Shown here piece after piece: positions 32,488 through 43,368 of a stretch of DNA of 64,000 nt. The stretch's first letter is position 1. Each line of letters opens with the position of its first letter. Location: assembly GCA_041690395.1 (NCBI GenBank), contig JAWLHJ010000002.1, forward strand, positions 96,001 through 160,000, written 5' to 3'. A model generated the notes under the pieces. That model worked only from the letters and a program-made list of their open reading frames with translations. It had not been told where the DNA came from and did no database searches. The stretch comes from Longimicrobiales bacterium. GTDB taxonomy: Bacteria > Gemmatimonadota > Gemmatimonadetes > Longimicrobiales > Gaopeijiaceae. The position numbers and the translations under genes are program-made.

Positions 32488-33276
32488 ATGAGCGACGCCC
32501 CGCCCGACTTCCGCTTCCCCGGCCCCGGCACCCTCGACCGCGCCCTCGCCCTGGTCCGGTTCCTCCGGAAGGAGTGCCCATGGGATGCCGAGCAGACCGC
32601 GGAGTCGCTCGTGCCCCACCTCCTCGAGGAGGCGCACGAAGTCGCCGACGCGATCCACGACGGGAGGACCGGGGAGCTCGCGGGTGAGCTCGGGGACCTG
32701 CTGCTCAATCTGGCCTTCCAGGTCGTCGTGGCCGAAGAGGACGGCACGCTGGACGCCGGCGCGGTCTACGGGGCGCTCGAGCGGAAGATGGTCGCGCGGC
32801 ACCCTCATCTCTTCGGCGCCGGCCCGCGTGAGGACTGGGAGACGCTGAAGGCGCGCGAGCGGCCGGAGGGCAAGGGCGTCCTCTCGGGTCTGGCCAAGGG
32901 GCTCGAACCGCTGAGCAAGGCTTACCGGATCCAGGAGCGTGTGGCATCGGTCGGCTTCGACTGGCCGGACCATCGGGGCGCGTTCGACAAGGTGCGCGAG
33001 GAGCTCGAGGAGGTCCGGGAGGCGCTGGCCGGGGACGACGACGACGCGGTCGCCGAGGAGCTGGGCGACCTGCTGTTCGCGACCGTCAACCTGGCGCGGT
33101 TGGCCGGCCACCACCCGACCACGGCGCTCGCTCGGGCGAACACGAAATTCCGCGACCGGTTCGAGCGGCTCGAAGCGCTGGCGCGTGAGCGCGGCATCGA
33201 GCTGGAAAGTGCGGGGCTGGAAGCCCTGGACCGGCTCTGGGAGGAACTGAAGGCCGACGCCCGGCCGGGTCAGTAG
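32488..33276 (+). CDS. mazG: Nucleoside triphosphate pyrophosphohydrolase MazG
   Basis: CPWDAEQT, EEAHEV, ELGDLL (twice), KMVARHPH and GFDW motifs. ATG start at 32488. Confidence 0.94.
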   Translation: MSDAPPDFRFPGPGTLDRALALVRFLRKECPWDAEQTAESLVPHLLEEAHEVADAIHDGRTGELAGELGDLLLNLAFQVVVAEEDGTLDAGAVYGALERKMVARHPHLFGAGPREDWETLKARERPEGKGVLSGLAKGLEPLSKAYRIQERVASVGFDWPDHRGAFDKVREELEEVREALAGDDDDAVAEELGDLLFATVNLARLAGHHPTTALARANTKFRDRFERLEALARERGIELESAGLEALDRLWEELKADARPGQ

Positions 33277-34349
33277 CCCGCGGTCTTGTCCACGACGTTG
33301 CGCCACTCCGCGAGCGGGGCGTCGCGGAGGTAGCACGCGAGGTTCTCGACGATCAGCCCGGCCTCGCGGCCCCAATACCCCTCCGTGACGGCGGAGACGT
33401 GGGGCGTGGCCAGCACGTTGTCGAAGCTCCACAGGGGATGTCCTTCCGGGAGCGGCTCCCGCGCGAACACGTCGAGCCCTGCCCCACGAAGCCGCCCGGA
33501 ACGCAGCGCCTCCAGCAGGGCATCCTCGTCGACCAGCGCGCCGCGCGCGACGTTCACGAAGAGGGCACCGAACCGCATGAGCCCGAAGGCCCGCGCGTCG
33601 ATCATCCCGCGTGTCTCCGGCGTGTCCGGCGCGCACACCACCACCACGTCGCTCTCCCCGAGCACGGTGTCCACGCCGTCGGGCCCGTGCACCAGCTCGA
33701 TCCGGTCGTCCAGGCGTCCACCGCCGGCAACCGCCTCCAGGGCGTCGTCCCCGGGCCGGGCGGGCGTGCGCTTCGAGGCGATCACCCGCCCGCCGAGCGC
33801 GCACACCCTGCGGGCGATCTCGCGCCCGATCCCCCCGAATCCGACGATGCCGACCGTCATGCGCGACAGCTCGGTGGGCGGCCTCGATCCGTCGTAGAAC
33901 GGCTCGGTCGACCACCGACCCCGTCGCTGATTGGCGACGGCGTGATCGAGCCCCCTCCCGAAGAAGAGGATCATGGCGAGGACCGTCTCGGCCATCGGGG
34001 GCGCATGGATACCGGCCGAGTTGGTGAAGACGACATCGCTGGCGCGCATGGCGTCGTGCAGCGAGCTCCCCACGCCGGCCGCCCCCGAATGGACCCAGCG
34101 GAGCGCCGAGCCCGCCTCGAGGAGCTCCGCCGGAATGCCGTAGCCGAAGTAGATCTCCGCCTCACGCACGGCTTCGAGCACTCCGGGTGACACGCGCGTG
34201 GCGCCATCCCCCGAGCCGTCGGTCGGCTCGTCGATCACGACCAGCTCCCAGCCGCCCGGAAGCGCGTCGCGGATGGCGTCCGGCACCCAGCCCGGCATGG
34301 CCCACACCGGACGGTGGTCCATCATGTCGAGCACTGCGCGGCGGGTCAT
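33270..34349 (-). CDS. D-2-hydroxyacid dehydrogenase family protein
   Basis: GFGGIG Rossmann motif, NVARG, LDVFAREP and TPHVS. Confidence 0.9.
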   Translation of the reverse strand: MTRRAVLDMMDHRPVWAMPGWVPDAIRDALPGGWELVVIDEPTDGSGDGATRVSPGVLEAVREAEIYFGYGIPAELLEAGSALRWVHSGAAGVGSSLHDAMRASDVVFTNSAGIHAPPMAETVLAMILFFGRGLDHAVANQRRGRWSTEPFYDGSRPPTELSRMTVGIVGFGGIGREIARRVCALGGRVIASKRTPARPGDDALEAVAGGGRLDDRIELVHGPDGVDTVLGESDVVVVCAPDTPETRGMIDARAFGLMRFGALFVNVARGALVDEDALLEALRSGRLRGAGLDVFAREPLPEGHPLWSFDNVLATPHVSAVTEGYWGREAGLIVENLACYLRDAPLAEWRNVVDKTAGY

Positions 34350-34369
34350 GGCGTTCGGCGGCCCATCGT

Positions 34370-35656
34370 CTACGGGTAGAGCCGGTTCATCAGCCGCGGG
34401 AACGGGATCAGCTCCCGGACGTGCTTGCGGCCCGTGATCCAGGCCACGGTGCGCTCGATGCCCAGGCCGAATCCCGAATGCGGGAAGGTGCCGTAACGTC
34501 GGAGATCGAGGTACCAGGCGTAGGCGTCCTCCGGGAGACCCTCCTCACGGATGCGCGCGAGCAACCGGTCGAGGTCGTCCTCCCTCTGGCTCCCGCCGAT
34601 GATCTCGCCGTATCCCTCCGGTGCGAGCAGATCGTCGCACAGCACGGTGCGCGGGTCGTCCGGGTTCTCCTTCATGTAGAAGGCCTTCGCCTGCTTCGGA
34701 TAGTCGTGCACGAAGAGGGGAAGCTCGGCGCCCTCCATCAGCGCCATCTCGTCCGGCGCCCCGAGGTCGGAGCCCCACTCGATGTCGGTCCCGCCGGCCT
34801 GCAGCTTCGCGACCGCGTCGGTGTAGCTGATGCGCGGGAACGGGGGCCGCACGTGCTCCAGGAGCGACGTGTCGCGCTCGAGCACCTTCAGCTCCTCGCC
34901 GCACCGCTCCAGCGCGCGCTCCACGAGGTACGAGACGAACTCCTCCTGGAGGCGCATGTTGTCGTTCGAGTCGGCGAACGCGACCTCCGGCTCGACCATC
35001 CAGAACTCGGTGAGGTGCCGGCGCGTCTTCGATTTCTCCGCGCGGAACGTCGGGCCGAAGCAGTACACCTTCCGGAAGGCCGGGCACGCCGCCTCGACGT
35101 AGAGCTGACCGGTCTGGGCGAGGTACGCCGGGTCTCCGAAATAGTCCGTCTGGAAGAGCGTGCCGGCATGCTCGCCGATCGCGCCCGTGAGGATGGGCGT
35201 GTCGATCCGCACGAACCCGCGGCCGTAGAAGAAGTCGTGCACGGCCTGCTCGACTTCGGCACGGACCCGGAGCCCGGCCCGCTGGAGCGACGAGCGGAGC
35301 CAGAGATGCCGGTTGTCGAGCAGGAACTCGACGCCGTGCTCCTTCGGCTGGATGGGGTAGTCCTCCGCCGTCGAAAGGACCTCGAGCTCGGTGAGCCCGA
35401 GCTCGTAGCCGCCGGGCGCCCGGTCGTCGGGCCGCACCTCGCCGGTGATCGAGACGACGGATTCGGCCGTCAGGGCCGCGTGCCGTTCCCACGTCGCCTC
35501 GTCGACCTCCTTCTTGAGCAGCACACCCTGGACGACACCCGTGCCGTCCCGCACGACGAGGAACGCGACCTTTCCGTGGGCACGGGTCGCCTCGACCCAC
35601 CCCTTCACTGTCACCTGCTCGCCGGCGTGCTCGCCCAGCTCCCTGATCTCGACCAT
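34370..35656 (-). CDS. asnS: Asparagine--tRNA ligase
   Basis: OB-fold N-terminus, [30 protein letters not shown] and [10 protein letters not shown] motifs. Confidence 0.95.
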   Translation of the reverse strand: MVEIRELGEHAGEQVTVKGWVEATRAHGKVAFLVVRDGTGVVQGVLLKKEVDEATWERHAALTAESVVSITGEVRPDDRAPGGYELGLTELEVLSTAEDYPIQPKEHGVEFLLDNRHLWLRSSLQRAGLRVRAEVEQAVHDFFYGRGFVRIDTPILTGAIGEHAGTLFQTDYFGDPAYLAQTGQLYVEAACPAFRKVYCFGPTFRAEKSKTRRHLTEFWMVEPEVAFADSNDNMRLQEEFVSYLVERALERCGEELKVLERDTSLLEHVRPPFPRISYTDAVAKLQAGGTDIEWGSDLGAPDEMALMEGAELPLFVHDYPKQAKAFYMKENPDDPRTVLCDDLLAPEGYGEIIGGSQREDDLDRLLARIREEGLPEDAYAWYLDLRRYGTFPHSGFGLGIERTVAWITGRKHVRELIPFPRLMNRLYP

Positions 35657-35736
35657 ACGGCTCTGACCCCGATCTTCGTTTCGACGCGATCTGTCGGGCC
35701 CCGACGGGCCCCTTCGAGGGCTCGAAGCTATCAGCC

Positions 35737-37824
35737 TCAGCCCACGCCGAACATCTCCAGACGATCCGAGTAGCGGGCGAGGAGGATCTCACGGACCCTC
35801 GCGTGCTCGGGACGCTCGAGGTCCGGATCGAGGTCGATGAGCCCACGGGCCTCGCGCTGCGCCACCTCGATGATCCCCTCGTCCCTGAGCAGGCTCGCGA
35901 AGCGGAGGTTCGGGTCGCGGCCGTGCTGGCGGCTGCCGAAGAGGTCCCCTTCCCCCCGGATGAGCAGGTCCGCCCGGGCGACCGCGAAGCCATCGGCGGT
36001 ATCCCGGAAGACCTTGAGCCGCTCGAGGGCTTCCTCCCCCGGATCCGCGATCAGGATGCAGTGGCTCTCGGCGCTCCCGCGGCCGACCCTCCCGCGCAGC
36101 TGGTGGAGCTGGGAGAGGCCGAAGCGGTCGGCGTGCTCGATGACCATGACGCTCGCGTTGGCGACGTCGATCCCCACCTCGATGACCGTCGTGGCCACCA
36201 GGATGTCGAGCTCGCCCGCGAGGAACGCCCGCATGACCCGGTCCTTGTCCGCAGCGGAGAGCTGGCCGTGCAGCAGCCCCAGGCGCCGGTCCGGGAAGAC
36301 CTTCGTCCGGAGTCGCTCGTACTCCTCGGTAGCCGCGAGCATGTCGACCTTCTCCGACTCGGCGACCAGCGGGTATACCAGGTACGCCTGGCGCCCTTCG
36401 GCGACCTGCTCCTCCACGAAGGCGTAGACCTGTTCCCTGCGGTCGGGGGAGCGCAGCGCGGTGACCACCGGCTTGCGCCCGGGCGGGAGCTCGTCGAGGA
36501 CGCTCAGGTCGAGATCACCATAGAGCGCCATCGCCATGGAGCGGGGGATGGGCGTCGCCGACATGACCAACACGTCGGGCACGGCGTCGTCACGCTCGAG
36601 CAAGGCCATGCGCTGCCGCACGCCGAAACGGTGCTGCTCGTCCACCACCACAAGGCCCAGCCGGTGGAAGCGCACGGTCTCCTGGATCAGCGCGTGCGTT
36701 CCGACGACGAGCTGAGCCCCTCCCGACGCTACCGAGTCCGCCGCCTCGGCGCGCTCCGCCGCGGCCAGGCTCCCGGTGAGCAGAGCGACCTCGACTCCGA
36801 GCGGGGCCACGAGCTCACGCATCCCGCGCGCGTGCTGCTCGGCCAGGATCTCGGTGGGCGCCATCAGCGCGGCCTGGCGTCCCCCCTCGACGGCGATGAG
36901 CATGGCGAAGAGCGCCACGAGCGTCTTCCCCGCCCCGACGTCGCCCTGGAGGAGGCGGTTCATGCGCCGGTCCGACACCATGTCCGTCGCGATGTCACGG
37001 AGGACCCGTGTCTGCGCGTCGGTCAGGGAGAACGGCAGGGCTTCCAGGAGCGCGCGGACCAGCTCGTTCGTGCGCCCGTGTGCGATCCCCGGCCGGGTCT
37101 CGAGCGCCTCGCGTCGGGCGCGAGCCTGCACGAGCTGGAGGAAGAACAGCTCGTCGAAGGCGAGCCGCTCCCGTCCCCGCTCGGCCTGGGCCAGATCGGC
37201 GGGGCGGTGGAGCCAGGAGAGCGCATCCGACAGCGTGGGGAGGCCGAGCCGCTCCCGAGCGTCGTCGGCCAGATACTCGTCCTCGTCGGCGGACGCCAGG
37301 AGCGCGTCGAGATTCCTCTCGAAGATCCCCCGGAGCACCCATTGGGGGACCTCTTCGCTGGCGGGGTAGGTCACGAAGATCGTCCCCGTGCGCTCGGAGC
37401 CCTTCCCCGGCCGGTCCACGAGCGTGAACTCGCGTGGCTGCAGCTGCTTCCCGTGGAAGAACTTCACGGGCCCCGACACGAGCAGCCGGTCGCCCTCCCG
37501 CAGCTTGCGGTCGAGCCACGGCTGCCCGGGCCACGCCACGGTGATCAGTCCCGAATCGTCCTGGAGAACGGCCTGGAAGATCCGCAGCCCCGTCCGGGTC
37601 GGGATCACGCCCTTGCTGCGCACGGTCCCGGCCACGGTCACGTCCATCCCGACGTCCACCCGGCCGATGGGGGTCACCGTGGAGGCATCGTCGTAGCGGC
37701 GCGGCACGTGGTAGAGCATGTCCCGCGCCGTGGCGATCCCGAGGCCCGCCAGCGCGTCGGCCCGCTTGGGACCGACGCCCTTGAGGAACTGGACCGGGCC
37801 GTCGAGGCGGGAGTACCGGCTCAT
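35737..37824 (-). CDS. recG: ATP-dependent DNA helicase RecG
   Basis: [23 protein letters not shown] and QLRGRVGRG motifs, plus a wedge domain. Confidence 0.96.
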   Translation of the reverse strand: MSRYSRLDGPVQFLKGVGPKRADALAGLGIATARDMLYHVPRRYDDASTVTPIGRVDVGMDVTVAGTVRSKGVIPTRTGLRIFQAVLQDDSGLITVAWPGQPWLDRKLREGDRLLVSGPVKFFHGKQLQPREFTLVDRPGKGSERTGTIFVTYPASEEVPQWVLRGIFERNLDALLASADEDEYLADDARERLGLPTLSDALSWLHRPADLAQAERGRERLAFDELFFLQLVQARARREALETRPGIAHGRTNELVRALLEALPFSLTDAQTRVLRDIATDMVSDRRMNRLLQGDVGAGKTLVALFAMLIAVEGGRQAALMAPTEILAEQHARGMRELVAPLGVEVALLTGSLAAAERAEAADSVASGGAQLVVGTHALIQETVRFHRLGLVVVDEQHRFGVRQRMALLERDDAVPDVLVMSATPIPRSMAMALYGDLDLSVLDELPPGRKPVVTALRSPDRREQVYAFVEEQVAEGRQAYLVYPLVAESEKVDMLAATEEYERLRTKVFPDRRLGLLHGQLSAADKDRVMRAFLAGELDILVATTVIEVGIDVANASVMVIEHADRFGLSQLHQLRGRVGRGSAESHCILIADPGEEALERLKVFRDTADGFAVARADLLIRGEGDLFGSRQHGRDPNLRFASLLRDEGIIEVAQREARGLIDLDPDLERPEHARVREILLARYSDRLEMFGVG

Positions 37825-37825
37825 C

Positions 37826-38749
37826 CTACGAGCCGAACACGCCCTCGACGAACGCGTCGACGTCGAACGTCTCGAGGTCGCCGAGCTGCTCGCCGGTGCC
37901 CACGAGCTTCACGGGCACGCCGAACTCCTCCTGCAGCGCCACGACGATTCCGCCCCGGGCCGAGGAATCCATCTTCGCGAGCACGATGCCGCTCACGTCG
38001 ACCACCTTCTTGAACGCCTCGAGCTGGCGGACGGCGTTCTGGCCCACGGTCGCGTCCAGCACGAGGAGCGTCTCGTGGGGCGGACCGCCGAGGCGCCGAC
38101 GCACGACACGGTCGATCTTCTCGAGCTCCTGCATGAGGCCGCGATTCGTGTGCAGCCGACCCGCCGTGTCGATCAGAAGCACGTCGACGCCCCGGGACTC
38201 CGCGGCCTCGAGCGCGTCGAACGCCACGGCGGCCGGGTCACCACCCTGCTGGCCGCGCAGAAAATCCGCACCGATCCGCTTCGCCCAGGTCTCGAGCTGG
38301 GCCACGGCGCCCGCTCGGAACGTGTCGGCGGCGGCGACCATCACCCGCTTGCCGTCCTGAACGAGAAAGTGAGCGAGCTTCGCCACCGACGTCGTCTTCC
38401 CCACGCCGTTGACCCCCACCATCAGGTAGACCGTGGTGCCGGAATCCGCGGCCCGCAGCTCCGCGTCCCTGGAAGGCGTCAGGATCTCCGAGATCTCGTC
38501 CCGTAGCGCTCCGACCAGGGCCTGGCCTCCTCTGGCCTTCCCCTTCCGCATGGCGTCTTCGGCGTGATCCACCAGGCGCATCGTGGCCGGGACGCCGAAG
38601 TCCGCGGCGAGGAGCCGCTCCTCCAACTCCTCGAGCGAGGCGTGGTCGAGCCCCTTCGCGGCTACGCGCACATCGGTGAGCGCCAGATCGACGACCCTGC
38701 GCCAGAGTCCCTTCTTCTTCTCGAGCTTGTTCTTGAAAAGGCGTGCCAT
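37826..38749 (-). CDS. ftsY: Signal recognition particle receptor FtsY (NG only, no acidic A domain)
   Basis: GVNGVGKTT, DTFRAGA, DTAGR and GTGE motifs. Confidence 0.96.
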   Translation of the reverse strand: MARLFKNKLEKKKGLWRRVVDLALTDVRVAAKGLDHASLEELEERLLAADFGVPATMRLVDHAEDAMRKGKARGGQALVGALRDEISEILTPSRDAELRAADSGTTVYLMVGVNGVGKTTSVAKLAHFLVQDGKRVMVAAADTFRAGAVAQLETWAKRIGADFLRGQQGGDPAAVAFDALEAAESRGVDVLLIDTAGRLHTNRGLMQELEKIDRVVRRRLGGPPHETLLVLDATVGQNAVRQLEAFKKVVDVSGIVLAKMDSSARGGIVVALQEEFGVPVKLVGTGEQLGDLETFDVDAFVEGVFGS

Positions 38750-38763
38750 CGGCTATGTCGGTA

Positions 38764-40620
38764 TCAGCGTAGTCCGGACCGCCTGCGCCCGATCCATTCC
38801 GCGCACAGGAGTCCGATGATCAACAGGTAGGGCCACGGGAGCGTCCGGAGCGGCCGGGTGCCGCCGTCGTCCGCGACCGAAGACGCACCCTCGGAGATCA
38901 GTCTCGCGGGATCGGCCGGCGCCGGGAACATGTCGATGGACCGGTCGCTGACGTCGAAGCGCCCGCCAGCCACGCTGTCCCCCGCGGGATCCTGCACGGT
39001 GTAGCGGTACGGCCCGGGGGCGAGCGGCTCCGTGAAGACGGTCCCGCTCCCGGCGAGGGGGAGCTCGCTCGCCTCGTCGGTCGAGGCGGTATCGGGACGG
39101 ATGCCGACCGTCGCGCCGGCCCGCCCTTCGGGTACCTGCCAGGGGACGGGCTCGCCGGCCCGGACCACGCGCTCCGCCGGGCGGACCTCCGCGCCGGCCA
39201 ACGAAGCGTCACGGAGCAGCCAGCCGGCCACGCCGGACCAGAGGGCTTCGTAGGCGTCACGTCCGTCCGGCCTGGCCGCCCAGCGCCAGAGGCCACGGGC
39301 GAGCACCACCGCGGAGCGGCGCCCGCCGTCATTCCGCAGATGGAGCGGGGCCTCCGCGGGTCCGGTGCGTCGGAGGCTCACGGTCAGGGGGGCTACGAGT
39401 CCCGTGGCGTCCTGCACCACCATCACGCCGGTGAGTGGCGGCAGATCGGATCCGGCCAGGCCGGCCAGCTCGCCGGACAATGGCGAAGGCGGTATCTCCT
39501 CGCCCAGGTACCATTCGCCAGCCCTCGGCGAGGAGGCGTCGATACCGAGCAGCGACGCGCCGGCGGCGTCGGACGCGAAAGCGATCGAGCGGGGTGCGCG
39601 CCCGATCAACCCCCTCACCCACGCGTCGGTGCCTTCGGACAGCCCGTGGAGGACGAGGAGCGACGCGCCCTCCGCGGCGCGTCTCACGGTAGCGGAGTCG
39701 ACGGGGCCCGCCCGCTCGAGCGCCGGGCCCATGGATACGTACCGATCGGGACCCGCCCGTAGGAAGCCCGTTCCCGCGAGGCCGGTCGTCCGCTCGAGCA
39801 CGGGCAGGAGGTAGCGCGGCTCCCAGTCGGGGCCGAGCGAGACGACGACCACTCCGGCATTCTCGGGCGTCCCGACCAGCCCGTAGGCCACCGCCCGGTC
39901 GTCGGCCGCAAAGCCGTCGTCCACGCCGGAGACGACCGCCTCGAAACGCACCGCACCGGTGCCCGTCGACGGGGGCAGGTCGACCTCGACGGCCCTCCGG
40001 AGCCCCGGTCCGGGAGCCGCGACCCGCGCCGAACCGACGGGGACGCCTTCCTCGAACAGCTCCACTGACAGGCTGTCCCCCGGCATGCCGCCGTGGACCT
40101 CGACGACGGCGAGGCCGGCCGCGGCGGGGCTGGCGCGGTCACCGACGTCCAGCGAGAGGATGCCGGCGTTCTCGAACGGGTCGGCGAGGTTCTCGAACGC
40201 GACGCCGAGACCGGAGCCCTCCAGCGCCGCACGCACGGCCACGACGTCCTCGATGCGCATATCCGTGAGCACCCGCACCTCACGAGCGCCGCTCTCCGCG
40301 GCCACGACGAGCGCGGGTCCGAGACGCGTCGCGGGCCCGGTGGGCGCGAGGGCCGAAGCGTCGGGAGCCTGGTCGACCTCGGCGCCGAAGGTCACGACCC
40401 GCCACCCATCCGCGCGCAGCTCCTCGGCGCGCCGGACCGCCTCGGTCCAGGCGGCCCCCGCCTCGTTCCCCGCGGCCATGCTCTCGGACACGTCGAGCAG
40501 GACCCAACGGCTCGCGAGGCCGGCGGTGCCCGGCCACGGCACGCTCGGATCGAGCAGGAGGACGAGCACGATCAGGAGGGTGGCGGCGCGGAGCGGCCAC
40601 AGATAGCGGGACCCCGCCAC
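38764..40620 (-). CDS. vWA-domain membrane protein (true start probably about 40707, see findings)
   Basis: LLDVSESM (MIDAS DxSxS), T and LTD ligands, an N-terminal TM, and a C-terminal TM ending EWIGRRRSGL. Confidence 0.7.
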   Translation of the reverse strand: MAGSRYLWPLRAATLLIVLVLLLDPSVPWPGTAGLASRWVLLDVSESMAAGNEAGAAWTEAVRRAEELRADGWRVVTFGAEVDQAPDASALAPTGPATRLGPALVVAAESGAREVRVLTDMRIEDVVAVRAALEGSGLGVAFENLADPFENAGILSLDVGDRASPAAAGLAVVEVHGGMPGDSLSVELFEEGVPVGSARVAAPGPGLRRAVEVDLPPSTGTGAVRFEAVVSGVDDGFAADDRAVAYGLVGTPENAGVVVVSLGPDWEPRYLLPVLERTTGLAGTGFLRAGPDRYVSMGPALERAGPVDSATVRRAAEGASLLVLHGLSEGTDAWVRGLIGRAPRSIAFASDAAGASLLGIDASSPRAGEWYLGEEIPPSPLSGELAGLAGSDLPPLTGVMVVQDATGLVAPLTVSLRRTGPAEAPLHLRNDGGRRSAVVLARGLWRWAARPDGRDAYEALWSGVAGWLLRDASLAGAEVRPAERVVRAGEPVPWQVPEGRAGATVGIRPDTASTDEASELPLAGSGTVFTEPLAPGPYRYTVQDPAGDSVAGGRFDVSDRSIDMFPAPADPARLISEGASSVADDGGTRPLRTLPWPYLLIIGLLCAEWIGRRRSGLR

Positions 40621-40703
40621 CGGGAGGTCGACCCGGCGGTAGATCCACCACGAGTATCCGATGGCTCCCGCGCCGAGAAGCGCGAAGAGGACGGCCGAGA
40701 GGC

Positions 40704-42047
40704 TTACCGCCGGCCTCCGTCGACGTCGAGGGCACCGGCCCGCACGGGCCGGTCACCGGAGTCGCGTTCGTCCTCGTCGACCAGGGCGGTTCGCACCGGG
40801 CCGGCGCCCGGGATCGACTCGAGGAGCGCCACGCGCTCCATCATCTCGTCCATCCAGCGGACCATGTCGTCCGCCGGAACCGGGTCTCCGGCCGGGAGAT
40901 CGACCGACAGTGGATCGATGTGGCGCCCCCCGCTGATCATCTCGTAATGGAGATGGGGACCGGTCGCGAGCCCGGTCATGCCGACGTACCCGATGATGTC
41001 ACCCTGCCTGACCCGCGTCCCCTGCACCACGCTCGAGTTGAAGCGGCTCATGTGCCCGTAGCGGGTGATGAAGCCGTTGGGGTGGCGGATCTCGACGGCG
41101 TTGCCGAGGCCGCCCTTCGGCCCGCGATGGATCACCACGCCGTCCGACGTCGCCATGATCGGCGTGCCGGTGTCGGCCGCGTAGTCCACGCCTCGGTGCG
41201 CCCGCACCCTCTGGAGCACCGGATGGAAGCGTCCGTTGCTGTACCGCGAGGAGATACGTCGGTACTCGAGCGGCTTCAGGAGGAAGGCCCGCCGCACGGA
41301 CTTCCCTTCCAGGTCGAAATACGACCCCTGACCGTCGCCGTTCGGATCGAACCAGATGGCATGGTACGCCGTGCCGCTGTTCACCAGCTCGGCGGAGATC
41401 AGCTGGCCGGCGCGGAGCGATCCGTCCGGCCGCACCTCTCGCTCGAAGGCGAACCGGTACGTGTCTCCCACCCGGATCTGGCGGGAGAAGTCGACCTGCC
41501 ACTGGAAGACGCGATCGAGGTAGTCGATGAGCCGGTTCCGGTCGGCGACCGGCATCGACTGCAACTCCGGGAGCCCGATCACGGAGGTCCAGAGAACGTT
41601 CTCGATCGCACCCGACGCGTAGAGCGTGTCGACGTAGACCGGAGTCTCGACCAGGTCGGCCGTCCACCCCGAGAGGCTGCGCGTCAGCCGGACCGTCTCG
41701 TCCCGACTCACCGCGACGTCGATGCCGCGCAGCTCTTCCTCGCGCTGCAGGTACCGGAACGTCACCTCGGTCCCGGGACGCATCCGCCTCGGGCTCGCGT
41801 GCTCACGGAACGCGAGCAGCAGCGACGCCTGGTCATTGGCACCGAGCTCGCCGCTCAGGAGCTCACCGAAGGTCTGCCCCGCCCGCATGGCGTGGACGTC
41901 TACCCGCTCGGCCGGTGGCACCTGTATCTCGGGCAGCAGCCCGACGTCGGGGACCTCCATGAAATCGCACGCCGACGACATCGCGGCGGCCGCAAGGACC
42001 GCCACGAGCGTACGGGCACGCCCTACGCTCGTCGCGTCAGATCGCAA
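40704..42047 (-). CDS. M23 family peptidoglycan endopeptidase (MepM/Csd3-like), probable lipoprotein
   Basis: HRGVD and HLH zinc motifs, YGHMS, GLATGP, and an SSAC lipobox-like signal. Confidence 0.9.
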   Translation of the reverse strand: MRSDATSVGRARTLVAVLAAAAMSSACDFMEVPDVGLLPEIQVPPAERVDVHAMRAGQTFGELLSGELGANDQASLLLAFREHASPRRMRPGTEVTFRYLQREEELRGIDVAVSRDETVRLTRSLSGWTADLVETPVYVDTLYASGAIENVLWTSVIGLPELQSMPVADRNRLIDYLDRVFQWQVDFSRQIRVGDTYRFAFEREVRPDGSLRAGQLISAELVNSGTAYHAIWFDPNGDGQGSYFDLEGKSVRRAFLLKPLEYRRISSRYSNGRFHPVLQRVRAHRGVDYAADTGTPIMATSDGVVIHRGPKGGLGNAVEIRHPNGFITRYGHMSRFNSSVVQGTRVRQGDIIGYVGMTGLATGPHLHYEMISGGRHIDPLSVDLPAGDPVPADDMVRWMDEMMERVALLESIPGAGPVRTALVDEDERDSGDRPVRAGALDVDGGRR

Positions 42048-42130
42048 TCTCTCTGGCTCCGCGTCTCAAGATGATCTCCTTCGCGCAACGGGTCGCCCCG
42101 GTACGCGCCCTTCGTCGGCGACCCGCCGGC

Positions 42131-43345
42131 TCAGTCCATCTGACGCCGGATGAAGGTCGGAATGTCGAGCCCCGCGATCTGGCTCCGCGCGATCGTGCGC
42201 TCCGGGAAGCGGTTGAGCGGCACGACCTCCTCGGATCCACCGCCTCCCACCGCGACTCGGGGCGCGCGCCGCGGCGCCTCGATCTCGTCGGACTTCCTGG
42301 TCGGCTCGGCGGGTGCCTGAGCGGGCTTCGCGGCCTTCGGCGTGCGAGCGCGCAGGAAGCTCCCCGAGATGACCTTGTCGTCCTCGGCCTGATCGAAGCC
42401 GGTCGCGATGACGGTGACGCGGACCTGCCCTTCGAGCGACGGGTCGTGCACCGCGCCGAAGATGATCTCGGCCTCGTCGCCGGCTTCTTCCTGGATAATC
42501 GAAGATATCGTCGTGACCTCGTCAATGGCGAGGTCCATGCCCCCGGTGATGTTGATGAGGACCCCCCGGGCGCCCGCGATGGAGATGTCGTCCAGGAGCG
42601 GCGACGAGATCGCTTCCTGGGCGGCCTCCTGCGCGCGGTTGTCCCCTTCCCCGAAGCCCGATCCCATGAGCGCCGGGCCCCGCGACGACATGATCGTGCG
42701 CACGTCCGCGAAGTCCACGTTCACCTCGCCGGTCACGCTGATGAGGTCGGAGATGCCCTGCGTGGCGTTGAGCAGCACCTCGTCGGCCTTCTTGAGCGCG
42801 TCGCGGAACGACGTCCCCTTCGGCACGACGGAGAGCAGACGGTCGTTCGGGACCAGAATCATCGTGTCCACGCAACGCCGTAGCTCGGCCAGGCCCTGCT
42901 GGGCCTGACGCTCCCGCTTCTTCCCCTCGAAGGAGAAGGGCCGGGTGACGATCCCGATCGTGAGCGCACCCATCTCACGGGCGATCTCGGCGACGAGCGG
43001 CGCGGCACCGGTTCCGGTCCCTCCGCCCATGCCGGCAGTCACGAACACCAGGTCGGCGCCCTCGAGCGCACGGCGAACCTCGTCTTCGCTCTCGGCCAAC
43101 GCCTGCCGCCCCACCTCGGGGCGCGCGCCGGCACCGAGCCCGCGCGTCAGCTTCTTGCCGATCTGCAACGTGACCTGCGCCCGCGACGTCTTGAGCGCCT
43201 GGGCATCGGTGTTCATCGAGATGAACTCGACGCCGTCGAGCGCCTCGTCGACCATGCGGTTCACAGCGTTCCCGCCGGCGCCACCGACGCCGACCACTTT
43301 CATCCGCGCGTTCCGGACCGGGGTTTCCTCGAACTCGAAAATCAT
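42131..43345 (-). CDS. ftsZ: Cell division protein FtsZ
   Basis: GGGTGTG tubulin signature, NVDFADV and the C-terminal LDIPTFIR. Confidence 0.98.
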   Translation of the reverse strand: MIFEFEETPVRNARMKVVGVGGAGGNAVNRMVDEALDGVEFISMNTDAQALKTSRAQVTLQIGKKLTRGLGAGARPEVGRQALAESEDEVRRALEGADLVFVTAGMGGGTGTGAAPLVAEIAREMGALTIGIVTRPFSFEGKKRERQAQQGLAELRRCVDTMILVPNDRLLSVVPKGTSFRDALKKADEVLLNATQGISDLISVTGEVNVDFADVRTIMSSRGPALMGSGFGEGDNRAQEAAQEAISSPLLDDISIAGARGVLINITGGMDLAIDEVTTISSIIQEEAGDEAEIIFGAVHDPSLEGQVRVTVIATGFDQAEDDKVISGSFLRARTPKAAKPAQAPAEPTRKSDEIEAPRRAPRVAVGGGGSEEVVPLNRFPERTIARSQIAGLDIPTFIRRQMD

Positions 43346-43368
43346 GATGTCTCCTCCAATGGAGTGGA

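Noticed and set aside
35695..35730. Short hairpins upstream of asnS as a possible T-box or riboswitch
   Set aside because: The gap is only 80 nt, with no T-box consensus or terminator.
35803..38013. 736 aa plus-strand ORF, and similar long ORFs at 45153-47177, 49691-51934 and 54394-56649
   Set aside because: These are antisense shadows of recG, murC, mraY/murD and ftsI.
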